Assembly: GCA_041441465.1 (NCBI GenBank)
Contig: JASDSY010000010.1
Span: forward strand, 105,883-169,882
From: Candidatus Wallbacteria bacterium
GTDB taxonomy: Bacteria > Muiribacteriota > UBA9980
Direction: 5' to 3'
Length of the DNA: 64,000 nucleotides
Below the pieces are notes generated by a model. It had not been told where the DNA came from and ran no database searches. It worked only from the letters and a program-made list of their open reading frames with translations. The position numbers and the translations under genes were made by a program. Positions 37,750-48,071 of the stretch are shown one piece after another (position 1 is the first letter of the stretch; each line of letters starts with the position of its first letter).

Positions 37750-39363
37750 TTAATTGTTAGGATATTCTGATTTTCTGCCGAGCAAGGCATTTTTTATGGC
37801 TTCCCAGCGTTTTTTATCGTCGCTGTTAGCCATCGCTTTTTCAAAATACTCAATTATAAAACTTAAGAATATCAGTATGAAAAAAACGGCGAATGACGCG
37901 ATCAAAATTGTCATGGTGCGCTTGGGGCCTGATTTTATTTCAGGCGGAATGGCTTTATCGAGTATTGTAATATTTTGTGATTCTTTAGCTTCGTCAATTT
38001 TAGCCAGCTCATATTGCTCGGTTATAACCTTGAATAATGTTTCCTGGACAACCTGTTCACGGTAAAGCCTCGCCAATTCTACCGAAAGATTCGGCACCCT
38101 TTTCAGCACTATATAAGAAGATGTAAATTTATTGTCATTCAAAATATTAAACGGGTCGCCCGACGCTTTTTCAATAACGTTTTCAACTGGTTTTTCAATA
38201 TTTCTCACAGCGTCCTGGTCAATGAATAACCCTGTTTTATTTTGCTGCGCCTGGCTGCCTGCGTTCGAGCTATTTGCAGTTTCTGGCTGCGCAGTATTAT
38301 TCGAATTCGAAGCTGAACCGTTATTCATTTTTTCAGAACTTGTAGCCACCGAGCTTACAGGCAAATTTGTCGGATTGTTAGCGACCGTGACGCCCGATTG
38401 CGAAGCGGACTGCGCCAGGCGCAGATCGTTTACTACAACGTATGATATCTCGCTCGTGCCCGGGCCATTTTCAATGACCGATAATTTTTTCTTTAGTTCC
38501 TCTATATATTTTTTAGCGGCGATAACCTGCGGATGCGATTCGTTGTTCGAAAGCATTGCAACTTTTAATTCTATTTCTTTAGCGGTTATCTGACCCTGCA
38601 ATGCGCCGATAGCCGAAATTGTGGCAGAAGCCTGCGCGTCGATCTGGTAGATATTATTTTTCATTTTGAATTGAGTTATCGAATCCTCGCATTTAGCAAG
38701 GGTTTCTTTAATTTCTTTAAGCCTCGTCTCAAGAAATATTCTTCTCTGACGGGTATTCGAAAGGCTCATTTCATTTATCATCTTATCGAGGCGTTCGACA
38801 AGCGTATTAGCCATATCTGCCGCTAAAACCGCGTTAGTATCGCTGACGCTAAGTTCGATTATGCCTTCTTTAGTAAGAATTTTAGTTTCAATTTTTTTTT
38901 CAAACAATTGTCTGATATTTTCCATTTTGGCACTAGCCGGGGCGTCCTGTCTGATTTTATATTTATCGATCATGAAATCAATCATCTGCCTTGATTTAAA
39001 AAGGCTGACATAAAAATCATTCGAGCTTGCGACTCCCAGGTAATCGCCCGCAAGCGAGGAAAGGCTGCCGAGTTTTGCTGCAAGCATTGCGCTTGCGTTA
39101 CCGGAAGAGCTTTTCGGCGGCACAAATGAAACTTTGGCCGTATACACATTCGGCTGTAAAAACATGTAAATTGCCATAATAATACCGGCGGCAACAGTAT
39201 AAGAAACTATCATTCTCGCTCTTTTAGCTATGACATATAAAAGGTCCAGAAGGTTAATTTCATCTTCATCCGCCCCGGCATTATTCAAACCGGTACATTT
39301 ATCGGGATCATTCGAAAAAATTTGCTCAAGTTCCTTTTTTGTTTTATCTTCGTTATTTTTCAA
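37750..39363 (-). CDS. polysaccharide chain-length determinant (Wzz/GumC-like) protein
   Basis: 537 aa; N-terminal TM after LLDLLYVIAKRARMI, long coiled-coil-like periplasmic region with a low-complexity Ser/Asn/Gln stretch, C-terminal TM. Confidence 0.55.
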   Translation of the reverse strand: MKNNEDKTKKELEQIFSNDPDKCTGLNNAGADEDEINLLDLLYVIAKRARMIVSYTVAAGIIMAIYMFLQPNVYTAKVSFVPPKSSSGNASAMLAAKLGSLSSLAGDYLGVASSNDFYVSLFKSRQMIDFMIDKYKIRQDAPASAKMENIRQLFEKKIETKILTKEGIIELSVSDTNAVLAADMANTLVERLDKMINEMSLSNTRQRRIFLETRLKEIKETLAKCEDSITQFKMKNNIYQIDAQASATISAIGALQGQITAKEIELKVAMLSNNESHPQVIAAKKYIEELKKKLSVIENGPGTSEISYVVVNDLRLAQSASQSGVTVANNPTNLPVSSVATSSEKMNNGSASNSNNTAQPETANSSNAGSQAQQNKTGLFIDQDAVRNIEKPVENVIEKASGDPFNILNDNKFTSSYIVLKRVPNLSVELARLYREQVVQETLFKVITEQYELAKIDEAKESQNITILDKAIPPEIKSGPKRTMTILIASFAVFFILIFLSFIIEYFEKAMANSDDKKRWEAIKNALLGRKSEYPNN

Positions 39364-39499
39364 TTTTTTTCATTCTCCATTTTTTATTAAATTATTGCCG
39401 CTTACGCGTCTGTAAGTTATAAATTCATTAAGGCCGCCATTTTATCAAACAAAGGTATCCGTGTCAAGCGGGCAGCAAATTTTATTTAAAAATCATAAA

Positions 39500-41344
39500 C
39501 TAAACCCTGAATTCAATTGCGAGTTCGTCCAATTTTTTATTCGAAGGAACGCCAAATTCATTCCAGCCCCTTAATTTATAGTAATCTGAAATTATGGCGC
39601 CGACATCTGGAAGATTATCAGCTGCAATGCCGCCGCCCCTTTTTTTACAGTAAAGGCGGGCAGGCAAAATATCGTCTTTTCTTGATATTCCAAGTTTCAC
39701 ATTTAAAAGCCTTTTCTCGTTAAAAACTCTTTCGCTTATATGCAGCAGTTCATCATTTGACATATTAATATCGGTAATATATTTCAGCCATTTGGCAATA
39801 TCAAAAATAGTCACGCCTCCGCGCGCCATGAACTTGCAAATTCCAAGCGGATTAAATATCCCGAAAAAATTTTGAGTTAAAACAGAAAGCAGCGCCGCGC
39901 TCTGCGAATCATTAGAAACCGTGTCGGGCAAGCCGATACCGTCGTAATATCTTCCGATTCCAAGAGTATATGAAAGTCCTTCGAGATGGCAGGCGCCGCG
40001 GTTGGCGGTCATATAATCAGCTGCCATACTGTAAAACGCCCGAGGATCATGCATCGCAACTTCGAGCCCCTTGACGTGCACCGCAAATTCCGATGAATTT
40101 TTCCCGATCGTCTCGGCGGCCTTTTTTACTCCGCCGGTGAGTATCGCCCCGATACCGGCGCCTTTAGCCATTTGTTCCAAAACGGCCATTACCGCATCCG
40201 CATTTCCCCACTCGAGCTTGATTCCCTGTAAATCGATACCGCTTAATATTCCGTATTCATAACATTCCATGGCAAAGGCAACAGCTGAAGAGGCTGAAAT
40301 AGCATCGAGCCCCATACGGTCGCAATATTCGCTCGCCGCACAAACTAAGTAAGGGTCATCGTTCATTATTAAAGCGGAAAAACCTTCTACAGCCTCAAGT
40401 TCCGGCGAATGTGAGTGAAGGTTGCCATATTTAGGATGAATGAAATTCATTATTTTTCCGCAGCCCACCGGACATGCAAAACATGAATAATCCTTTTCGA
40501 ATGTAAGTTTTTTTATCTCCTGGCCGGAAACTTTTTCGACTTTTTCCTTAAAACTACCGTCACGCCAGTTTTTTACAGGCAAATCGCCGCGCGCCTCAGC
40601 GTTGATAATTCCTCCGGAAGTCCCGAATTCATGCAATGACATGGTGTTTTCTTTTATAACGGGTATTTTTTCTTTAACTTCATTTAAAAGCAAATCCTGC
40701 GAAAACAGTTCGGACTTGATATCGCCGCAAGCCGCTATGGCCTTGAGTTTCTTCGAGCCCATAACCGCTCCCATCCCGCCGCGGCCGGCGCTGCGCGCAT
40801 TACGGCCCTCGCATATTATCGAAGCGATCGAAGCAGACCTTTCGCCCGCCGGACCAATGCACATCACCTTTAATTTTTCGCCTTCATCAGCTATTATTTT
40901 ATCGTTAGTAAAAAAAGTATCTTTGCCCCATAAATGGCCGGCATCTTTAAACTCGACATCCTGGTTCTTTATAACCAGATAAATAGGATTAGCCGACCGG
41001 CCTTTTATCAGGAGACCGTCATAACCCGTGCTTTTTAATGCGGCCGGAAAATAACCGCCGACCGTGGATTCATTCCATATTCCGGTAAGCGGCGACAAAC
41101 CGCAAACCGACATCTTACAGGAAGCCGGAAATGGCGTACCGGTAAGTAATCCCGTAAATATAAGAAGCGGAGCTTCAGGCGACAAAGGATTAACGTGGAT
41201 GTTAAAATATTTAAGCATATAATAAATGCCATAACCTGACCCTAACAGATGCGATTTTATAATTTTCGGATCTATCAGGATCTCCTTATACGACTGAAAC
41301 CCGAGATCTATTTCCAGGAATTTACCGTTATAGCCATAAGGCAT
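39500..41344 (-). CDS. aor: aldehyde:ferredoxin oxidoreductase family (tungstopterin-type)
   Basis: 614 aa; N-terminus MPYGYNGKFLEIDL and overall AOR family layout. Confidence 0.7.
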   Translation of the reverse strand: MPYGYNGKFLEIDLGFQSYKEILIDPKIIKSHLLGSGYGIYYMLKYFNIHVNPLSPEAPLLIFTGLLTGTPFPASCKMSVCGLSPLTGIWNESTVGGYFPAALKSTGYDGLLIKGRSANPIYLVIKNQDVEFKDAGHLWGKDTFFTNDKIIADEGEKLKVMCIGPAGERSASIASIICEGRNARSAGRGGMGAVMGSKKLKAIAACGDIKSELFSQDLLLNEVKEKIPVIKENTMSLHEFGTSGGIINAEARGDLPVKNWRDGSFKEKVEKVSGQEIKKLTFEKDYSCFACPVGCGKIMNFIHPKYGNLHSHSPELEAVEGFSALIMNDDPYLVCAASEYCDRMGLDAISASSAVAFAMECYEYGILSGIDLQGIKLEWGNADAVMAVLEQMAKGAGIGAILTGGVKKAAETIGKNSSEFAVHVKGLEVAMHDPRAFYSMAADYMTANRGACHLEGLSYTLGIGRYYDGIGLPDTVSNDSQSAALLSVLTQNFFGIFNPLGICKFMARGGVTIFDIAKWLKYITDINMSNDELLHISERVFNEKRLLNVKLGISRKDDILPARLYCKKRGGGIAADNLPDVGAIISDYYKLRGWNEFGVPSNKKLDELAIEFRV

Positions 41345-41384
41345 TATATGGAACGCTCCTTTACGATTCTCGCTTATTTAATTT

Positions 41385-43550
41385 CTAATTATTGTTTTTA
41401 TTCTGTGTTTTAACGGTGTTGCTGCCGCCCATGCTTCTGGATTCAACCTTTTTATTCGAAAGTTTAAATTCGAGAACGATAGCGCGCCTGTTGCCGGGCG
41501 ACTTGGAAGCGCCAGTCGACGGCCTGTTCGGATTGTAAAACGGCGAAAAATCATCCACAAAAAAAGCTACATTATAGGTTTTAGAAGCGTCAGGGTTTCT
41601 GAAAATATAATCAGGATAAGTAAAAACATTATTGTCTTTATTTTCGTATTTCAAATTATCGACTCCGGTAGGGTCCTGAATAATCCATGTGCAGTAGCGT
41701 AAAAGCGAATCATCGTTCTTCTCGAACCCGTCCATCGGAGTTGAAATGCCATACTGGCCGATTTTATTTCCCTGGTTTTTCACTTCAACGTTACGGTTAA
41801 TGTTATCATAAGCGGCCATATCGAATATCAGCCTCACGTCTTCGTTTATCTGAAGCGCCTCGGTATATTCCTTATAACGGTCTGGATCATTTGCTTCGAG
41901 CCATTTCATTGTTTCGGTCGAATTGTCATATTTAAAATGCCACAAATCCCCGAGGTCCTTATTATACGGCGAATAAGGCGCTGAGCATAAATCGGAATTA
42001 GGCAGAGTGAATATAGTAGTTTTATTAGTTTCGGTATTTGTCATCGAAAGCATCGGATTTGGCGATATATCGTCATAAGGAACGATCGCCATGCATTCCA
42101 TCTGGCCGGCCGCCATATAATTCGGCGTGGTGCCGTAACGGGTCTTTATATCGTTAATAAATACATTGGAACCGGCAGCAAGATAAGGCAGCCTGAAATT
42201 CATCGAAGTATCGCATGCGCTGACGATTATTCTTGTGCAGCATTCGGTAACGCCGGAGCTTGATTGTATGCTGTGGCTTTCCTTAACCGCGTTATCGGTG
42301 AACGCTATGCCGGATCTGGAAGCGTAATGCGGATTCATTATCGACGAACCCGGACGGAGTTTTTCCATGGCGTTTTCAAGATCGGTTATCGGCCCCTCGA
42401 ATACTATGACGGAGCACAACTTGCTCTTATCGGCAACAGGCGAATTCGTCGGATGACCGTCGGCTACAACCTGTCCGTTATTAACTTCAGCAGAAACAAT
42501 CTGATATTTCCAGTTAGGCATATCGTCAGCCCATATCGGCCCGACCCATTCAAACGCGCCGTCCGGAGTAGCCTTGCCTTTTGAAGTATTAAGAGCGTTT
42601 TCATCCACACGTTCGCCGGTAATCCTTTCGATTTTATTCTGGCTGCTGCTGGCATCAGGCAATTTCCCATAATAAGTCTTAAAAACTTCAACATAAAAGG
42701 CAATATTAGGGCTGCCTTTCTGGTTATATTTATGAAGTACGCCATTTTTCTTGGCGCTTGCGAAATAATTATTATCCTTAACGGCAACCCTTATTATGTC
42801 AGGGTTTTCATCCGCCTTAAAATTCCAGGCTTTCGCTTTTTTATTAAAGTTAGATATCTTATCGTTGGTTGTCGCGAGCAATACCGGAGTATCGAAATAG
42901 ATTTCATGCGGCGGTATATTATCGACGGTCAGAACCTGGCCCAATATTTTTTGGACAAAAAACCAGTGAGGCTTGCCGCCAGCATCGTATGTGAATATAG
43001 CGGTAACGCCGACACGGCATGATTCATTCGGATCCGTAGCGTAATTAAAAGTGTATTTAATGTTGCTGCCGCCGTTTGGAGGGGTAAGGGTCAGCATTGT
43101 TTTATCCCAGTTTAATATGGTATAATGAACTGAATGCAAAGCAATATTACTGTAATTGCCGGCACCGATAGATTTTTTAAAAACATCTGTTTCCATTTGA
43201 TTAATATAGCTGGAGCTGTTAAATTGAAACTCGCATTCCTGGCCCTGTAATACATTAAAAACATTCCCGCTTTGCTCGGAATTTGTTATTTTCATATAAT
43301 TACTGACTTCAGGGTAAGTATACGACGATGGATTACCTGGGAAATCCATAGTTCCAAGTTTTCCGCTGGTCAAACTGTCGTCTTTTATAAACTCCGACAG
43401 CTGCTCATCGAGCTTCGTTTCGTCCGCCGCGTAAAGATTATTACGCAGAGCGATGCCTGAACATGCCAGCACCAGTAAACAAATAACAGAACATATTAAA
43501 AATTTTCCGCTAAAAAATGAACTGCCGTTACAATTAAATTTCTTTTTCAT
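41385..43550 (-). CDS. large hypothetical secreted protein
   Basis: 721 aa; signal-peptide-like N-terminus with Cys; no family recognised; directly upstream of aor on the same strand. Confidence 0.5.
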   Translation of the reverse strand: MKKKFNCNGSSFFSGKFLICSVICLLVLACSGIALRNNLYAADETKLDEQLSEFIKDDSLTSGKLGTMDFPGNPSSYTYPEVSNYMKITNSEQSGNVFNVLQGQECEFQFNSSSYINQMETDVFKKSIGAGNYSNIALHSVHYTILNWDKTMLTLTPPNGGSNIKYTFNYATDPNESCRVGVTAIFTYDAGGKPHWFFVQKILGQVLTVDNIPPHEIYFDTPVLLATTNDKISNFNKKAKAWNFKADENPDIIRVAVKDNNYFASAKKNGVLHKYNQKGSPNIAFYVEVFKTYYGKLPDASSSQNKIERITGERVDENALNTSKGKATPDGAFEWVGPIWADDMPNWKYQIVSAEVNNGQVVADGHPTNSPVADKSKLCSVIVFEGPITDLENAMEKLRPGSSIMNPHYASRSGIAFTDNAVKESHSIQSSSGVTECCTRIIVSACDTSMNFRLPYLAAGSNVFINDIKTRYGTTPNYMAAGQMECMAIVPYDDISPNPMLSMTNTETNKTTIFTLPNSDLCSAPYSPYNKDLGDLWHFKYDNSTETMKWLEANDPDRYKEYTEALQINEDVRLIFDMAAYDNINRNVEVKNQGNKIGQYGISTPMDGFEKNDDSLLRYCTWIIQDPTGVDNLKYENKDNNVFTYPDYIFRNPDASKTYNVAFFVDDFSPFYNPNRPSTGASKSPGNRRAIVLEFKLSNKKVESRSMGGSNTVKTQNKNNN

Positions 43551-43801
43551 TACCCGCCTCCGTATATGTATATATTGAAAAAAATTTTCCTTCGGTTTTC
43601 TAAAATAATCACGATAAAATTAAATAGATAAATATTTTTAATTTTATCAGAAATAATTTTTAATTGCAAATAATTTATTATTCAGGCGAATAACCGCTTC
43701 AGGGACATTATCCGGCAAAGCAGGAAATATTACAAAATTACTCTGATTTATTTTTAACAATTGACTTAATAGGCTTATTTATGGTATAAGAGAAAAATAT
43801 A

Positions 43802-44773
43802 ATGGAAAATTTTTTTAAATACTTAAGAATTTCAATTACCGACAAATGCAACCTGAAATGCAAGTATTGCGATACCGGCAAATATTGCAAGCTGCCGCCT
43901 GCGTCGATTCTTTCATTTGAAAACATATGCCGTATCGTCCGCTGCGCGGCCGAATGCGGTGCTGAAAAGATAAGAATAACCGGCGGCGAGCCTTTAATGC
44001 GCAATAATTTTCTTGAGTTATTTAAAATGATAAAGTCTATAAGCGGAATAAATGAACTTACATTCACAACGAACGGCATATTGCTCGACAGATGGGCCGA
44101 TAAATTATTCGATATCGGCATCCGCCGTTTTAACGTGTCGCTTGACACGCTCTGCCGTGAAAATTTTAAAAAAATTAACGGGTCCGACAATTTGGACAGA
44201 GTTCTCAAGAACCTTGAAGATTGTAAAAAAATAGGCTTCGCGCCTATTAAAATCAACACGGTATTACTGAAAGGCATAAACGACAGCGAGATTCCGGAAC
44301 TCATAAAATACGCCGCAAATAATGGTTTTTTAATAAGGTTTATAGAACTGATGGATATTTCACATTCAAAAGGCTTTTTTGAAAAACATTTTATAAGCTC
44401 CGACTGTGTTATAAAAAAATTAAAAGAATCTTACGTTATCGAAAAAATAACAAATCATGACGGCGCCCTCGAAGGCCCTGCTGTTTATTATAAAATAAAA
44501 GGCGAAGGCATCGACGGCAGGATAGGTTTTATAACGCCCGTAAGCCATCATTTCTGCAAACATTGCAACAGGCTGCGCCTTACGGTTGACGGCAAACTCA
44601 AACCGTGCCTTTTAAGAGCTGACGAAATAAATCTTAATGAGCTTTTAAATAATAATATAAGCGATAACGAGTTAAAGGAAATTTTTAAAAATACATTTAA
44701 AGACAAAAATAAAGCTTCAGGAAAACATTTATTTAACAATAATTTTAGAAATATGTCTGAAATAGGCGGTTAA
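43802..44773 (+). CDS. moaA: GTP 3',8-cyclase MoaA (molybdopterin/tungstopterin cofactor biosynthesis)
   Basis: 323 aa; radical SAM CxxxCxxC (CNLKCKYC) and C-terminal Cys triad context. Confidence 0.75.
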   Translation: MENFFKYLRISITDKCNLKCKYCDTGKYCKLPPASILSFENICRIVRCAAECGAEKIRITGGEPLMRNNFLELFKMIKSISGINELTFTTNGILLDRWADKLFDIGIRRFNVSLDTLCRENFKKINGSDNLDRVLKNLEDCKKIGFAPIKINTVLLKGINDSEIPELIKYAANNGFLIRFIELMDISHSKGFFEKHFISSDCVIKKLKESYVIEKITNHDGALEGPAVYYKIKGEGIDGRIGFITPVSHHFCKHCNRLRLTVDGKLKPCLLRADEINLNELLNNNISDNELKEIFKNTFKDKNKASGKHLFNNNFRNMSEIGG

Positions 44774-44794
44774 CGCCAAAAGGAGCAGTATTTT

Positions 44795-45724
44795 ATGAAA
44801 ATATTAGTTACCGGCGGAGCGGGATTTATCGGGTCGCACGTAGTTGACAAGTATATCGCTGCCGGCCATGAAGTCCATGTTCTCGACAATCTTTCAACAG
44901 GTAAAAAGAGCAATTTAAATCATGCCGCGAAACTGCATGTTGCCGATATCGGAAGCGAAGAAGCGCGCGAATTGATAACTGCAGAAAAATTTGACGTAAT
45001 CAATCATCACGCAGCGCAGATTTCGGTAACCGCATCCGTGGCCGATCCACAAAAAGACGCAAGAATCAACATTGAAGGCCTGATAAATATAATAACCGCT
45101 GCAATAAAATCGCAAAGCGTTAAAAAGATAATTTTTATTTCTTCCGGCGGAGCGGTTTACGGCGAAAAACAAAACTTTCCGATACCTGAAACTGAATTGC
45201 CCGAGCCGATGTCGCCATACGCGGTATCTAAACTCGCGGGCGAACATTATTTAAAATGTCTTTTAAACGGCACCGGAATAAATTACACAATTTTAAGATA
45301 TTCCAACGTATTCGGACCGCGCCAGGATCCGCACGGCGAAGCCGGAGTCGTAGCCATATTTTCGAAACTCATGATTTCCGGAAAACCGGTTAATATATAC
45401 GGCGACGGTTCGGCTATAAGAGATTATGTATACGTTAAAGATGTAGCGGAAGTAAATCTTATGGCGCTCGATAAAGTCAATAACCAGACAATCAATGTTT
45501 CGACCGCGGTCGGCACTTCAGTAAACAGGCTTTTTGCTATGATGGCCGAAATTTTAGGCTTCGATAAAAAGCCGAACCACCTCGCCAAACGTTCCGGTGA
45601 ACTTGAAAAATCAGTCATTGACAATCAAAAATGCCAGGAACTATTGAGTTTTAAACCTGTTTATAGTTTCATGGAAGGACTGCGCGAAACTATTCATTAT
45701 TTTAAAATGGAGTCGAACCAATGA
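44795..45724 (+). CDS. NAD-dependent sugar epimerase/dehydratase (GalE-like SDR)
   Basis: 309 aa; Rossmann motif VTGGAGFIGSH, catalytic YxxxK context (YAVSK). Confidence 0.75.
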   Translation: MKILVTGGAGFIGSHVVDKYIAAGHEVHVLDNLSTGKKSNLNHAAKLHVADIGSEEARELITAEKFDVINHHAAQISVTASVADPQKDARINIEGLINIITAAIKSQSVKKIIFISSGGAVYGEKQNFPIPETELPEPMSPYAVSKLAGEHYLKCLLNGTGINYTILRYSNVFGPRQDPHGEAGVVAIFSKLMISGKPVNIYGDGSAIRDYVYVKDVAEVNLMALDKVNNQTINVSTAVGTSVNRLFAMMAEILGFDKKPNHLAKRSGELEKSVIDNQKCQELLSFKPVYSFMEGLRETIHYFKMESNQ

Positions 45725-45882
45725 AAAAAAGTAACGATATCTTCATAATAAAACTCGTTATCATAATAAACTTTTTTTCTATATTTATAGCATTCGGCGC
45801 CGGCTGCCAGGGTAACAAAGTCACCGACGCGAACATTATCAAACCAGTCCAGGCAAATGAATCAGCTTTCAGTTCAAAATAA
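45721..45882 (+). CDS. small hydrophobic protein (53 aa), candidate translationally coupled ORF
   Basis: ATG overlaps the epimerase stop (ATGA); encodes MKKSNDIFIIKLVIIINFFSIFIAFGAGCQ...; immediately followed by a terminator; below the ORF-track length cutoff. Confidence 0.3.
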   Translation: MKKSNDIFIIKLVIIINFFSIFIAFGAGCQGNKVTDANIIKPVQANESAFSSK

Positions 45883-45892
45883 AAATAAAAAA

Positions 45893-45923
45893 ACGGGCTA
45901 AATAAAAATAGCCCGTTTTTTTT
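45893..45923 (+). terminator. intrinsic terminator
   Basis: stem acgggcta / tagcccgt with loop aataaaaa, followed by an 8-T run. Confidence 0.7.
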
Positions 45924-46092
45924 GCGCATTTTTTAAAATTTACTTATTAATCCAAAAACAAATGGCAATATAAACTCTGTCTTTTTTATAAAATCAACAT
46001 TTACTTTATTTGTTCACAAGAAGAATGAGGACACATTTTTTTATTTCTTATTTTTATTTCTGATAAATTTCGAACTTATTACGATTTAATAT

Positions 46093-47424
46093 TTAATATG
46101 CCTCATACTGTGTTCCCAGCACTAAAATTCTCATAGGCACCGGAGTTGACGATTTGAAAACATGCAGCTGCGGAGCGGTCAGGCCGACACCGCCGGCGGC
46201 GATAATATCGAGGCGGCCGTCGCCGTCAAGATCGCAGATAGTTACCGGAGTCACAGATTTACCGATATATTTTGGAAAACCCTGAAGCGGTTCGCCCTTA
46301 ATATTTAAAACATTTACAAGCCCGGCTTTTTCACGCGCATCATTAGTCCACGCGGTAAAAATTATGTCAGGTGACCCGTCACCGTCGACATCGGCAATCT
46401 GAGGAATACCATTTATGTATTTTCCGACTTTCCTCGGCCAGCCCGGCAAAGACTCGCCTTTTTGCGTTCTTATATCTATATAGGCACCTTTATCGTCCGG
46501 ATATGTATAAGTCACTATCATATCTAACTCGCCGTCTTTATTAATATCGGCGCAGCGTATTTGCGAATGCGATTCGGCAGGCAGATCCTGTTTAAATTTT
46601 ACAGTCCCTTTCAAATCATAAGCTTTTATTGAAAAAGGCTCCGGCGTCTGGCCTATAATTTCAGACTTGCCGTCCCTGTCAGTATCCGCCACCTCGAGTT
46701 CGAAAGGCCAATAACCCGTATTGCCGCCGATATTCTGCGGGAACCCTGACCGCACCTTGCCTTCGTCATAAACGGTAATTTTACCGCTGTTATCGCGAAT
46801 AATGATGTCTTTTTTACCGTTACCTTCGAGATCGGCTATCTTTACGGGCGAGGTAACAGCCGTTCCCGCATTAGTCTGCCACTCTACATCGCCGTTTTCA
46901 TTTAATTTTACGACACGTCCCGATGTGGAGCCAACCACTATCTTCAGCTTCTGGCTGCCGTCAGGATCGTATAACTGCGGATTGGAAAAAGTAATACTGC
47001 CTTTGGTATCATACGCCCATTCGGTTTTGCCGTATTTATCTATGCAGTAAACCTTACCGTCAAGACTGCCGACCACGACCCTTAATTTTCCGTCATTTTT
47101 AATATCGCCGATCGCAACCGACGATAAAATAGGGCCGCCCGTTTGTTTCGGCCATAAGCCAAATCTTTTTTCCTTGCCGTCCACGCCAACGATATGAACC
47201 ATGCCGTCAGTTGCGCCAAATACCATTTCATTTTTGCCGTCGCCGTCAACATCGGCTACTTTTACCTGGCCGTATACGTCGCCGGTGACTGCCGCCGGAA
47301 ACCCGTCGCGATAAGTAGCGGCATCGGAACCGTCAGCGCAAAGAGCCGGCTCTAAAACCATAAAAGCAAATAATAACTGACAGGCAATTGAAAATAAAAT
47401 ATATAAATTAACACGATTTTTCAA
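46093..47424 (-). CDS. FG-GAP/VCBS repeat secreted protein
   Basis: 443 aa; signal peptide; repeated DxDGDG motifs (DVDGDGKNEMVFG, DINKDGELDMIVT, CDLDGDGRLDIIAAG). Confidence 0.65.
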   Translation of the reverse strand: MKNRVNLYILFSIACQLLFAFMVLEPALCADGSDAATYRDGFPAAVTGDVYGQVKVADVDGDGKNEMVFGATDGMVHIVGVDGKEKRFGLWPKQTGGPILSSVAIGDIKNDGKLRVVVGSLDGKVYCIDKYGKTEWAYDTKGSITFSNPQLYDPDGSQKLKIVVGSTSGRVVKLNENGDVEWQTNAGTAVTSPVKIADLEGNGKKDIIIRDNSGKITVYDEGKVRSGFPQNIGGNTGYWPFELEVADTDRDGKSEIIGQTPEPFSIKAYDLKGTVKFKQDLPAESHSQIRCADINKDGELDMIVTYTYPDDKGAYIDIRTQKGESLPGWPRKVGKYINGIPQIADVDGDGSPDIIFTAWTNDAREKAGLVNVLNIKGEPLQGFPKYIGKSVTPVTICDLDGDGRLDIIAAGGVGLTAPQLHVFKSSTPVPMRILVLGTQYEAY

Positions 47425-47466
47425 TGTAAGCCCTCCTATTTAGTAAAACTTGCAACCATTTTCCGT

Positions 47467-48039
47467 TTAATATCTTATTTTTTCCCTTATTATCTTAACG
47501 AGTGAAGTCATTTTTACCCTTGTATTAGAAGCTGGAATTTCGCCCATGGTGGTTATCCTGTATATGTCATAATTGCCGTAATCATTGCTTCCGATAACAT
47601 ATTTCGCATTCTGAAAATTCTTTGTTATGGTCTCGACGGGAGTTTTGAGATTTTTCACTATTTCTACCTTCAAAACCTTGTAAGCTCCGTCACCGAGCTG
47701 TCTTTCAAATTGATCTCCGGAGCCTAACTTTTGTTCAGGATAAGACCAGTTCATATTTCCGGCCACATATTGATTTTTTATCGTCAAAAGCGCCTTCTGA
47801 TATGCGGCATAAGCGAGATTACGCGCCTTTATCCTATGTGCCTGAAGCAATATGCTGTCAACCGACTGCATCGAATATTTGAAAAAAATAGTTCCGACCG
47901 CGAGCGCCACCGCCAGAAGCATTATAACTACAACTTCCACAATCGCCCTGTCGCCGGTATCAAACCGCAAATTTCTAATACCGCCGGCTTTTCTTTTGGA
48001 ATCGTTGTTCATTAAAATCATTCGAAAAATATTCGGCAT
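47467..48039 (-). CDS. hypothetical membrane-anchored protein (possibly PilX-like, unconfirmed)
   Basis: 190 aa; single N-terminal hydrophobic helix AIVEVVVIMLLAVALAVGTIFF. Confidence 0.4.
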   Translation of the reverse strand: MPNIFRMILMNNDSKRKAGGIRNLRFDTGDRAIVEVVVIMLLAVALAVGTIFFKYSMQSVDSILLQAHRIKARNLAYAAYQKALLTIKNQYVAGNMNWSYPEQKLGSGDQFERQLGDGAYKVLKVEIVKNLKTPVETITKNFQNAKYVIGSNDYGNYDIYRITTMGEIPASNTRVKMTSLVKIIREKIRY

Positions 48040-48071
48040 CCTTATTTATCCTCAACCTTTTTACTTATTTT

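Noticed and set aside
43738-44304. 188-aa minus-strand ORF overlapping the start of moaA
   Set aside because: Entirely antisense to the well-supported moaA ORF (CxxxCxxC motif); no RBS.
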